DNA from: Octopus vulgaris
Taxonomy: Eukaryota
DNA: 64,000 nucleotides
Assembly: GCA_951406725.2 (NCBI GenBank)
Contig: OX597830.1
Coordinates: forward strand, 56,420,001-56,484,000
Reading direction: 5' to 3'
Part shown: positions 27,528 through 39,492 of the stretch, one piece after another
How positions within the stretch are numbered: the stretch's first letter is position 1
Layout of the letters: each line of letters begins with the position of its first letter
Notes under the pieces: generated by a model
What the model saw: only the letters and a program-made list of their open reading frames with translations
The model's database searches: none
Told to the model about the DNA's origin: nothing
Program-made: the position numbers and the translations under genes

Positions 27528-27580
<53 letters not shown>

Positions 27581-27989
27581 ATATAACGGTTGTGATAAAA
27601 GAAAAACGAAAAATAAACCAAAGAGAAGATGAATCTAGTCTCAACATGGGCTAAATATTGTACCCACGTTACTCCATGTTTGAATCTGTCATATATACAC
27701 ACATATATACATACATGCATATTCACATACACAAATACATACACACACACACACACATCAACAATTATATATATGCATGTATATATACATATTTATGTAT
27801 CCACGTGTATATATACTTACACATGCAAATGTATACATACACACATATGCAAATTATATATATATATATATATGATGCCGAAATTATAACTTACATTCTA
27901 ACAAACATACACACATGCATCTCGACAGATGTCATAACCTTTCTGTACAAACATACACAGCTTTCTGTGCAGGTGCTTATACACACACT

Positions 27990-28940
27990 CATGCTTATGC
28001 ATACACACACATATATACACACATAAACACACACACATATGTATACACCAGATAAACTTTAAATGAGCATATGTATACATTTCCATATATACAGGTATAT
28101 AGATGTGTATGTGCACAGGTGTGTAGACATGCAAGTGCTTATGCATACACACATATATACACACATAAACACACACATATATACACACATAAACACACAC
28201 ACATATGTATAGACCAGATAAACTTTAAATGAGCATATGTATACATTTCCATATATACAGGTATATAGATGTGTATGTGCACAGGTGTGTAGACATGCAA
28301 GTGCTTATGCATACACACATATATACACACATAAACACACACATATATACACACATAAACACACACACATATATGTATAGACCAGATAAACTTTAAATGA
28401 GCATATGTATACATTTCCATATATACACAGGTATATAGATGTGTATGTGCACAGGTGTGTAGACATGCAAGTGCTTATGCATGCACACATATATACACAC
28501 ATAAACACACACATATATACACACATAAACACACACACATATGTATACACCAGATAAACTTTAAATGAGCATATGTATACATTTCCATATATACAGGTAT
28601 ATAGATGTGTATGTGCACAGGTGTGAAGACATGCAAGTGCTTATGCATACACACATATATACACACATAAACACACACATATATACACACATAAACACAC
28701 ACACATATATGTATACACCAGATAAACTTTAAATGGGCATATGTATACATTTCCATATATACACAGGTATATAGATGTGTATGTGCACAGGTGTGTAGAC
28801 ATGCAAGTGCTTACGCATACACACACATAAGCACACACACATAAGTATACACCAGATAAACTTTAAATGAGCATATGAATACATTTCCATATATACAGGT
28901 ATATAGATGTGTATGTGCACAGGTGTGCAGACATGCATTC
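27990..28940. repeat. Compound ~167-bp tandem repeat, 6 copies
   Basis: Anchor cagataaactttaaatg recurs near 28049, 28215, 28383, 28551, 28719, 28853. Confidence 0.9.
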
Positions 28941-29261
28941 ATACATATGTGCATATTACATACACACACACTCATATATCCACCTATCCAAACATGCATA
29001 TACAAGTTAAAACTGCAAGCATCTAAATAAGGAAACGGTAAAAATAATATGATTAAAAGACAACATTCATAAGAGCAGCAGCAGCAGCAGTAGCAGCAAC
29101 AACAACAACAGCGATGACAACACCAGGGTGAGCAAGAACAACGACTACAATGGTACCAAGCAAATGAATAAACGGAAAGGTGGGAGTGAGGGGGGACAAT
29201 GGTGGAGGAGGAGGAGGTGGAGGTGGTGATGGTGGTGGAGGTGGTTAGGCTGTGCTCTTAC

Positions 29262-29345
29262 CGACTGTAGCAAGCGTCTACTTCTATCGCGGACAAACTG
29301 ACAGAACTGGGGGGTTCCAAGCCCTGACAGATTAATTCCTTTGAT
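29262..29345 (-). CDS. DMXL2: DMXL probable cassette exon (IKGINLSGLGTPQFCQFVRDRSRRLLQS)
   Basis: ctacag / gtaaga; 84 nt, phase 0-0, open frame; skipping preserves frame. Confidence 0.75.
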
Positions 29346-29694
29346 CTGTAGAGAAATTTACCAATTTTTTTTTTTTATCCAGCCAAGCAGTGGCAACGGC
29401 AGCAAAGAAAGAAAGAAAGAAAGGAGGTAGAAAGAAAGAGAGGGGGGAGAAGAGAAAAAAAAAGAGAGAAAAGACAACCAGATCAGGTCATGATGAACAG
29501 GTCAAATATAGAACATTTAATAAAGGTGGATTTAGCTAAATAAAGGTTTTGATGGAGGGGTTATTTTTGAAGGAAGGGGGCTTTTTCTTTTAAGGATGTG
29601 GAAAACTTCTTGTAACAAAAACAGCACCTTCTTTATTGTTTGAGTAGTTCTTTTTTACTTTTTTTAATAGAGTTTTTCCATTTTTATACATATA

Positions 29695-30088
29695 CTAGTA
29701 GTATAACCCGGCGTTGCTTGGGTTTGTTTTCTTTTCGACCCTTTAGAATTGGAATTTTTGAAAAGTAAAAATTTTGCGTCATGTAGCTTGTTATTCTCTT
29801 TAAGTGAACATTTTTCTGGTTGAAATACACTGAAAAATGGTGACACAGCAGTCAAAAAATCGTAAAAAACAGAGATTTTCATAGAAAAAAAGCACCTTTT
29901 TGATGTAAATAATTTTTGGTCTTAACATGGTCTGATTTGAATTTTTTCTTCTACAGAATGAAGAGCAAACCTTCTTCTATCATACTTTCAATTTTAGTCA
30001 ACTTGCACCGCAGGGTCTTGGAGGAGATAGTGTTAGTTGAAGGCTACCAAACCTACCACACACAGACAACTGCAGCTTTATATATAAA
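29695..30088 (-). mobile_element. Non-autonomous Helitron relic
   Basis: Minus strand ends with GC hairpin CCCAAGCAACGCCGGG followed by CTAG (29695-29698); opposite end lies in a (TA)n run. Confidence 0.65.
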
Positions 30089-31790
30089 TATATATATGTA
30101 CATCCCCTTCACATATCCTCTCTGTAACACACACACGTTTTGTAAGAATGTGTGGGCTCTTGTGGAAAATAAATGAAAGGATTATTATTTCATGCTGGTA
30201 TGGGTTGGACAGTTTGACAGGAGCTGGCCAGGGAGAAGACTACACAAGGCTACTGTGACTGTTTTGGCATGGTTTTTTACAGCTGGATGCCCTTCCTAAC
30301 ACCAACCACCCCACAGAGTGGATTTGTATTTTCATGTGGTTTTTTATTATATATGTATCAAATACATAGGTAATGTTAATTAAAACTTGATGAGAATTAT
30401 AATTAAACCATTCAGGTCTTGGAATATACTTTGTGGTTAGGTGGAAGAGCAGGATTACGTAAACAGAAAAAAACAGTTCTTTGAGAAACACACACATACA
30501 CACCTTCCTTAAATTTCAAATGATTTAACAAGAGTTTCTCCTCAAATTTATACATCTGAGATTTGTGTTCAAACACCATCTTAATACATCAATGTATATT
30601 TATCTTTGGTTTCATCCCAAACAACATCTTAATGTACAAATATACATTTGTCTTTCGTCATGTTTCAAACATTATCTTAATATCCCAATATATACTTATA
30701 TTTTATTTCGTTTTTGGATTTGGTTTGCAAGATTCTTTATATGAGTTCGTGTGTTGAAGCATATTCTGTTGTGTCTGGGGAGAGTCATTTTGTTTTTGTG
30801 CCTTATAATGTAACACACTCACTGGTAAAATTTCTACTTTTTTCTTATTTAAAAAAATTTTTTTTATTTTTATATTTTTACACATATAAGAAAATAAGAA
30901 AAAAGTGGAAATTTTACCGGTGATTGTGTTAAATAAGAAGGCACAAAAAGGACTCTCCCCAGACACAACAGACATTACTTATATTTTGTTATATACCAAG
31001 CACTATCTTAACATACTAATATATACTTCCCATTTTTATGTACCAAACACCATCATAGTATACCAATATACAGTTGTCATTTTTATATATCAAATGGCAT
31101 TTTAGTTTACCAATTTACATTTGCATTTTGCTATATTCCTAATACAAACATCTTAATATACTAATATATATTTCGCTTTTGTTCCAAGCACCATCTAAAC
31201 AAACCAATGAATGGGAAAGTTAGTTATTTTCCAAAATCCGCTCCAATTTAAATTACTATCAAAGTCAATTGAATGAAACATATGGGTCATGTGTTTCCTT
31301 AGACATTATAGAGACTGACTAAAACCTTGAAAAAAAAGAAAAGAAAAAAAACCCTTCTTAAAACCAAATGGAAGTTATTTAGATCTAACAATCCCATCCT
31401 AGTAAGATGTTATCATAGTGGCAGAGTGTACTGTGGAATGAGCATAGAGGGGAAATATTACAGAAAACTATTTCCTGGTTAGTTCCGCTATTTGGATAAA
31501 TATTTCTAAATTCTTCCAACAAGAGTTAGGGCTTCAATGTAATTAAAAGAACCGGAAACTATACACACCACACACATGCATATATACAAACGCATACACA
31601 CACATATATACACACATATACATACACACAGATATCTACACACACGCGTGGCTGCGTGGTAAGAAGTGTGCTTTCCAACTACATGGTTCTGGATTCAGTC
31701 ACACTAGACCGAGTGCCTTCTATTATAGCCTCAGACCGACCAAAATCCTTGTGAGTGGATTTGGAAGATGGAAACTAAAAGAAGCCTGTC

Positions 31791-31822
<32 letters not shown>

Positions 31823-32206
31823 GCATGTTTGTCCCCCACCCCAACCTGCTTGACAACCGGTGTTGATGTGTTTGCATCCCTGTAACTTAGTGATTTGGCA
31901 AAAGTGTCCAATAGAATAAATACTAGGCTTAAAAAATAAGTCCTGGGAGTGGCTCATTCAACTAAAAGATTTTCAAGGCAGTTCCTCAGCTTGGTCACAC
32001 AGTCTAATGACTGAAACAAGTAAAAAGTGAAAAAGGTATATATACATATCATCATCATCATTTAACATCCGCCCTCCATGCTAGCATGATATAATATATA
32101 TGTACTTTATTAATGCAGAACAAGTGAGAAAGGTGTGCTCAATACATGTTGCAGAGGGCAGTTTTTATTTTAAGTTGAGAGTTTGACTTGTAACTTGAGT
32201 TTCATG

Positions 32207-32253
<47 letters not shown>

Positions 32254-33218
32254 CACACACACGAGATAATGGTGTCAATGAGACCCAAAAGTGTCAGGTA
32301 ATGCTGAATAAGTCACTCTCTATTTATATCATATCGAAACTAACTATGACTTAACTTTTCCTCTCACACCACCTCCAATGAAGGGATATTATTATTAATT
32401 AATATTCTAAAAACAGCTGTAAGACCTTCTATCTATAAATGCTCTAATATCTATACAGCTTTGTTTTTTTTTTTATCTCATTACGCAAAAAATTCATATA
32501 TACACACACACACATATATATACACAAACATACTTGTATATAGGTGCAGGCATGAGTGGTGTGGTTCAGAAATAAGTTTCACAACTACGTAGTTTCCGGT
32601 CCAGACCTACTGCACAGCAACAGCTTGGGCAAATGCCTTCTACTACAGCCACAGGCTGAGCACTTCTTTGTCAGTGAATCTGATTGATGGAAAACAAAAG
32701 AATCTCACTGTGTGTGTGTGTGTATATATATTTTTTCTCTCCTTGTTTTTTCTGTGTCCCTTTCTGTAGAAGAGCGTAGGCTCGAAACGTAAAAGACTTT
32801 TTCTATTCCTGAGTGTCATACTAATACATCTGTTTGTTTTGTACACCACCTGTCTTTGTCTTTTGTTTTTTTCGTAAACTCTCCCTGTGTGTATATATAT
32901 ATATATATTTATGTATAAATATAAAACCTGTTACCAGTTCAGATATACTTTAAGAATATCGAACCTGTAAGAAAGCAATTCACCGAATTTTGTCATGGAG
33001 AAAATTTTTTTGCTGTAGATAAATCAGTGTAAACACGTCAAGTCAGTTCAAGGTGCCCCTTACCCAGAGGGATATGGATGCATGCATTTCATTGTAGTTA
33101 TCTCCTGCACAGCATCAGACCCTAGAAGGGGAAATTCCACAAACTGACAAGAGATAGGTCTGTCTTATTATGTGTATGTACATATACATGTGTATGTGTG
33201 TGTGTAAATATATATATA

Positions 33219-33453
33219 CCTATTTCTTTACTACCCACAAGGGGCTAAACACAGAAGGGACAAACAAGGACAGGCAAACGGATTAAGTCGATTATATTGA
33301 CCCCAGTGCGTAACTGGTACTTATTTAATCGGCCCTGAAAGCATGAAAGGCAAAGTCGACCTCGGCGGAATTTGAACTCAGAACATAGCGGCAGACGAAA
33401 TACCGCTAAGCATTTTGCCCGGCGTGCTAACGTTTCTGCCAGCTCGCTGCCTT
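33219..33453 (-). mobile_element. SINE family A copy
   Basis: Full-length match; TSD approx tgtgtaatatatatatacct. Confidence 0.85.
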
Positions 33454-33739
33454 ATGTGTAATATATATATACCTTTTATCTTTTACTTGTTTCAGTCATT
33501 AGACAGTGGCCATGCTGGGGCATTATCTTGAAAAATTTTTAGTTGAATATATCAACCCCATTACTTACTTTGTTTTTGAAGGCTGGTACTTATATATATA
33601 TAGACACACATATACATATTATCTACATTATAAGATTTGTGGGGAGTAGGTAGTCATTGGCTGTTTTCTACCCAAGGAGTTTTTTAAACCAATAGCTTTC
33701 ATGCTAATATTTATAGCTTTATCTATTTTGACCCTACAC

Positions 33740-34010
33740 CAGTGGTTCCCAAACTTATTTAGGCTGTTACGCTTGGCACCCAAGCCACATTCCTAGCGCT
33801 CCCCACCTCACCAATACAAACATAGACCACTTTCTGTATCAATTTCAAAACAACTGTATTTCACTAATAGAACATAACCCATTATTTTGTTGTTTTTACA
33901 TCCATTGCCCCCTTTTGGCCAACCCATTATCATCCCCACTCTTCTTCAGCAACCTCTGAACCTTTCGACAGCACCCAGAGGGACAGTACTGCTCACTATG
34001 GGAACCACTG
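33740..34010. mobile_element. hAT (Charlie-like) MITE
   Basis: TIRs CAGTGGTTCCCA / TGGGAACCACTG; degenerate 8-bp TSD ccctacac / acctaccc. Confidence 0.75.
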
Positions 34011-34248
34011 ACCTACCCTTTATAAATGGTTTATTTCCTACCTCTCCATTTTTTAAAAATGAAAGATGATATAAATAAATGGAGTGGTTGTATACTGTCA
34101 ACTTAATGTGACAGTCCTGTAAGGGAATTACACCAACGCTGTTTAGCCCTAGGAAGCATCGACGCTTCCTGTTGGCCTTGACACATTTCCTGTGTCCTTA
34201 TATATTTACGAAGGGGAGACAAACACCCCCAACAGCTAGGCCTGCATT

Positions 34249-34290
34249 TAGAGACATGCATGTTTCTGGGTCTTGCCCATCATCAGTCTA
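34249..34290 (-). ncRNA. Type I hammerhead ribozyme (intact catalytic core)
   Basis: Minus strand reads UAGA-CUGAUGA-UGGG-CAAGA-CCCA-GAAA-CAUGCAUG-UC-UCUA: all conserved core nucleotides present, helices I/II/III can pair, GUC cleavage triplet. Confidence 0.8.
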
Positions 34291-34846
34291 GAGTAGCAGA
34301 GGCCTGCTAGCTGAAAATATTTGTCTAGACTTCGTAAATATATATATATATATATATTTTTCAGTGAAATTTATTCACTGATCACCAAAATCATTCTCAT
34401 AATACAAACTATAGAATTCTCACTGATAAGGACAAAGCTTCTAAAGTGGATAGAGAAAATCCACTGGATTTCTTTGGTATGATGGTAGAATGTCTGTCAT
34501 GTTCACAGGTGATGTGGGTTCATGCTTCTCTGGCAGCACTTTTCCCTCCCAACCAAAGTGATTTTTAACCCAGCATTCTACATGCTGTTATTTATTGCTT
34601 CATTTATTTAGATTTCAACTGTCAAAATGATTTGTATGTTCTTTTATTCTTTCAGTCATTTGACTGTGGTCATGCTGGAGTACCACCTTTAGTTGAACAA
34701 ATCGACCCCAAGATTTATTCATTGTAAGCTGAGTACTTATTCTATTGGTCTTTTGCCAAACCGCTAAGTTACGGGGACGTAAACACACCTACATCGGTTG
34801 TCAAGCGATGGTAGGAGGACAAACACAGACACAAAAACATATACAT

Positions 34847-34892
<46 letters not shown>

Positions 34893-35362
34893 GATGGGCT
34901 TCTTTCAGTTTCCGTCTACCAAATCCATTTATAAGGCTTTGGTTGGCCCGAGGCTATAGTAGAAGACACTTGCCCAAGATGCCATGCATTGGGACTGAAT
35001 CTGGAACCATGTGGTTGGTAAGCAAGCTACTTACCACACAGCCACTCCTTCACTTATATATACATATACGTACATTATCATCATCATCATCATCGTCGTT
35101 TAACGTCCGTTCTCCATGCTAGCATGGGTTGGACGGTTCGACCGGGGTTCTGGGAAGCCAGAAGGCTGCACCAGGCTCCAGTCTAAATTTGGCAATGTTT
35201 CTACAGCTGGATGCCCTTCCTAACGCCAACCACTCCGTGAGTGTAGTGGGTGCTTTTTACGTGCCACCTGCACAGGTGCCAGGCGGGGCTGGCAACGGCC
35301 ACGGTCAGATTGGTGTATTTTATGTGCCACCGGCACGGAAGCCAGTCGAGCGGTGCTGGCAT

Positions 35363-35820
35363 CGGCCACGAGTCGGATAGTGCTTTTACGTACCACCAGA
35401 CCAGGGATCCTGGCTGGTTCAATTCGATTTCGATTTCGCTTGCCCCAACATGTCTTCACAAGCAAAGGGGGTTGGCAAGGGTGCCTGTCGTACGGTCGCA
35501 TTGGAGTATTTTACGTGCCACGGCCACGAGTCGGATAGTGCTTTTTACGTACCATCAGACCAGGGATCCTGGCTGGTTCAATTCGATTTCGATTTCGCTT
35601 GCCCCAACATGTCTTCACAAGCAAAGGGGGTTGGCATGGGTGCCTGTCGTACGGTCGCATTGGAGTATTTTACGTGCCACGGCCACGAGTCGGATAGTGC
35701 TTTTTACGTACCACCAGGCCAGGGATCCTGGCTGGTTCAATTCGGTTTCGATTTCGATTTCGCTTGCCCCAACATGTCTTCGCAAGCATGGGGGGTTGGC
35801 ATGGGTGTCTGTCGTCGGAT
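35363..35820. repeat. ~158-bp tandem triplication within the RTE 3' UTR
   Basis: cggccacgagtcggatagtgc starts at about 35363, 35521, 35680. Confidence 0.9.
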
Positions 35821-35898
35821 GAGGTTCTATATCGACTTCGCTTGCCTCAACCGGTCTTTGTGTCCAAGGGAGGAAAGGCATTCATAAGTGGGCTGGGC

Positions 35899-37316
35899 TC
35901 ACTTGTCCTGCCTGGTCTTCTCACGTACAGAATATTTCCAAAGGTCTCGGTCTCTGGTCATTTCCTCAGTGAGGCCTAAAGTTCGAAGGTCGTGCTTCAC
36001 CACCTCGTCCCAGGTTTTCCTGGGTCTACCTCTTCCACGGGTTCCCTCAACTGCTAGGGATTGGCACTTTCTCACACACCTATCTTCATCCATTCTCGCC
36101 ACATGACCATACCAGCGCAATCGTCTCTCTTGCACACCACAACTGATGCTTCTTAGGTACAACATTTCTCTCAAGGTGCTAACGCTCTGTCGAGTATGTA
36201 CACTGACATTACACATCCATCGGAGCATACTGGCTTCATTCCTCACGAGCTTACGCATGTCCTCAGCAGTCACGGCCCATGTTTCGCTGCCATGTAGCAT
36301 GGCTGTTCGTACACACGCATCATACAGTCTGCCTTTTACTCTGAGCGAGAGGCCTTTAGTCACCAGCAGAGGTAAGAGCTCCCTAAACTTTGCCCAGGCT
36401 ATTCTTATTCTAGCAGTTACACTTTCAGCGCACCCACCCCCACTACTGACTTGGTCACCTAGATAACGGAAGCTATCAACTACTTCTAGTTTTTCCCCCT
36501 GGAAAGTGACGGAAGTTGTTTTCTGCAGATTTTCGGAGGTTAATGCTCCCGAGCATCTGCCACATACAAAAACTATCTTCCCAGTTAGCCTACCTTTGAC
36601 ATTGCTGCACCTCTTATGTGTCCATAGCTTACACTGGGTACATCTTATAGAGTTTCTACCTACACCTTTTCTACAGATCGAGCAGGGCCATCTTCCTGAA
36701 GATATTTGTGGATTGTCTACCTTTCTACTTATTAGTACTTTGGTTTTAGCTAGGTTGACTCTAAGGCCCCTTGATTCTAAACCCTCCTTCCACACCTGGA
36801 ACTTCTCCTCCAGTTCTGATAGTGACTCAGCAATAAGAGCAAGGTCGTCAGCGTAGAGGAGCTCCCAGGGACAGCCTGTCTTGAATTCCTCCGTAATTGC
36901 CTGGAGTACTATGATAAATAGGAGGGGGCTGAGTACTGAACCCTGGTGGACCCCAACCTCTACTTTGAATTCTTCTGTGTACATGTTGCCAACCCTAACC
37001 TTACTTACGGCATCTCTGTACATGGCTTGCACAGTCCTCACCAGCCATTCATCTATCCCTAGTTTCCTCATTGACCACCAGATAAGGGATCGGGGACCCT
37101 ATCAAACTTTCTCCATGTCAACGAAAGCCAGGTACAGGGGCTTATCTTTGGCTAGGTATTTCTCCTGCAGCTGCCTTACCAGGAATATAGCATCAGTGGT
37201 ACTTTTCCCTGGCACGAACCCAAACTGCATCTCATCTAAACTAACTCTCTCTAATTAGTTGGGCTATGACCCTCTCCGTAACCTTCATTACTTGATCCAA
37301 CAGCTTGATACCTCTG

Positions 37317-37320
<4 letters not shown>
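35899..37320 (-). pseudogene. RTE ORF remnant: reverse transcriptase with embedded PHD-like Cys/His finger
   Basis: Open for 390 aa; small deletions near 37095-37107 create stops (EKV**GP instead of EKAFDRVP); endonuclease half missing. Confidence 0.88.
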
Positions 37321-37368
<48 letters not shown>

Positions 37369-37486
37369 AAATACAAACTGGGACAAGAAAGCAAAACATT
37401 TTAACACAAAAAACAAGGATGGGTCATTCGAAGCCTTCAATCTTCAGTCAAGAACCGGATCATCCTCGCAATTTCGGCTGATTAAT

Positions 37487-37517
<31 letters not shown>

Positions 37518-37519
<2 letters not shown>

Positions 37520-37920
37520 ACAGCTACGCTACATGGTAGTGAGGAGACATAGGCTGTGAGTACTAAGGATATGCAAAGACCTGAAAGAAACGAAGCCTGT
37601 GTATTTCGCTGGATGGGTAATGTCAGTGTGCATATATGACAGTGTAAGTGATTTGGGATAAAAACTGGGTATATTTAGCATCAGGTGTAGTGTGCAAGAG
37701 AGAAGATGGGCACTGGTATGGCCATGTAATGCCTATGAATGAAGACAGCTGCATCAAGAGGTGCCGATCTCTAATTGTAGAGGGAACGTGTGGAAGGGGT
37801 AGACTCAGGAAGACATGGGACAAAGTGGTGAGAAAGGATCTACAGATGCTGAGACTCACAAAAGGGATGACAGGGGACTGAGACCCCAGGCAGATTGCTG
37901 TGCTTGAAAAGATACATCAG
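37518..37920 (+). mobile_element. Degenerate RTE C-terminal fragment (another at about 6925-7105)
   Basis: WYGHVMPMNEDSCIKRCRSLIVEGTCGRGRLRKTWDKVVRKDL parallels the end of ORF 35899..37071. Confidence 0.75.
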
Positions 37921-39457
37921 TATAAGTAAAAATGTGGTTGCCCTTCCTTACAACCCTCTCCAGCTGAGCATCCCTAATCTTGCGGTCTTGTAAGTGCTGG
38001 TGCCACATAAAATGCACCTGTACTGGTGCTGCTTAAAGTACCCAGTAAACTCCTGTAAAGTGGTTGGTGCTAAGAAGGCCATGCCAAAACAGACCCAGAA
38101 CCTGAACAACCCTTCAGCTGGTCAGCTTCTGTCAAACCATTCAACCCAAGCAAACATGGAAAATGGATGTGTGATGATGATGATGATCTCAACAAATGTC
38201 ACTGTTTTCAATTACAAATGCTGATACTTGTAGCTGTGGCCCAAATTGTAAATTTGTAAGCATTCAGACACATGCAGACACATGCACGCACACATAGAGA
38301 TATCAACTGAAGACGATAGTATTACATAATGATTATCTTATGTAACTACTTAAAATGTGTGTATTAAATGAATTCAACACATCAACTTCTAGTTTTGCAA
38401 TTATTCTCAATCACATACACACAATGATGGTCTCTATGCCGAATTCCCTCACAAAGCATTTGTTGGTCTGGAGTTATGGTAAAATACAGTTGCATAAAGT
38501 GCTGCCTAGTGGAACTGAAAACACCTGCCCCTTGTAATACACATATGCATGTACAAATATTTTTACATATATCTATATGTGTGTTTGTTTTTAAATATGT
38601 ATCTCTCTCTCTCTCTCTCTCTCTCTGTGCATGTTTGTACATATGCATCTTAATTAACACATACACACTCGTGTGGATGCCAGTCCATTGCAAGATTAAT
38701 TCCCAGTTGCTGTTGAGTATCTTGTTTAACATCACAACATGCAAGTAAAGGGTACACACAAATACATACATACATGTGAACACACACATATACACAAAGG
38801 GCTTCTTTCAGTTTCCGTCAGCTAAATCTGCTCATAAGGCATTGTTTTGCTTGGACATAAAATAGAAAATATTTGCCCAGGGTACCACATAGTGGAACTG
38901 AACCTTTGACAATATGGTCATTGAAGCAAGCTTCTTAAATACACACTCATACCTATGCCTATATAAGACCCTATCACAGCATAACTTAGCAAGGTTGTTG
39001 GTAGATGGAAAAGACACCCCACAGTACTGCCGTCCCTGAGAGAAATGCTATAGAAAAGAAAGCAAAGGTTTGTCAAGTGATTTACTGTCACTTTTTGATT
39101 TTGTTTTAATCACTAACAAGGTAATTATTACAACAGGTGATATAAATTCAGGGGGGAAAAAAATAATAGTAATAAAAAAAGGTAGTAGACATTTTAAATA
39201 ATCAATACAGATGATAAGAAATAGCTTTGTGTCAGGATCAAAGTGAGAAAGAGATCAAATGACCAGTTAAGGTGCTGAAGTCAATAGATAAACATATGCC
39301 TCGCTATGAACAAAATTATAAGTTAAAAGTGCGTAGTTTTATCTTTCTGCCCATCAATAACTATATCTCTCACCCCTCTCTGTCACCCACTCTATCTCTC
39401 TATCTATATATATATCTATATATATACATACATATATGTATCTACACACACACACAC

Positions 39458-39492
<35 letters not shown>

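Larger units (their letters stand above)
35078..37320 (-). mobile_element. 5'-truncated RTE-clade LINE retrotransposon (RT domain, 3' UTR, (GAT)n tail)
   Basis: NYRGIKLL...QFGFVPG...FVDMEK, GVHQGSVLSPLLF, LYADDL, FRYLG, RRLRWYGHV, RGRGRPRKTW; ORF 35899..37071; tail (CAT)n on + at about 35078-35100; 5' end abuts (TA)n. Confidence 0.93.

Noticed and set aside
35888-37258. Plus-strand ORFs 35888, 36146, 36506, 36881
   Set aside because: Antisense shadows of the RTE reverse transcriptase ORF
37385-37490. CTGAAGA and CCGAAA motifs on the minus strand next to the RTE 5' end
   Set aside because: Motifs are in the wrong order for a type I hammerhead and the fragment is cut off by (TA)n
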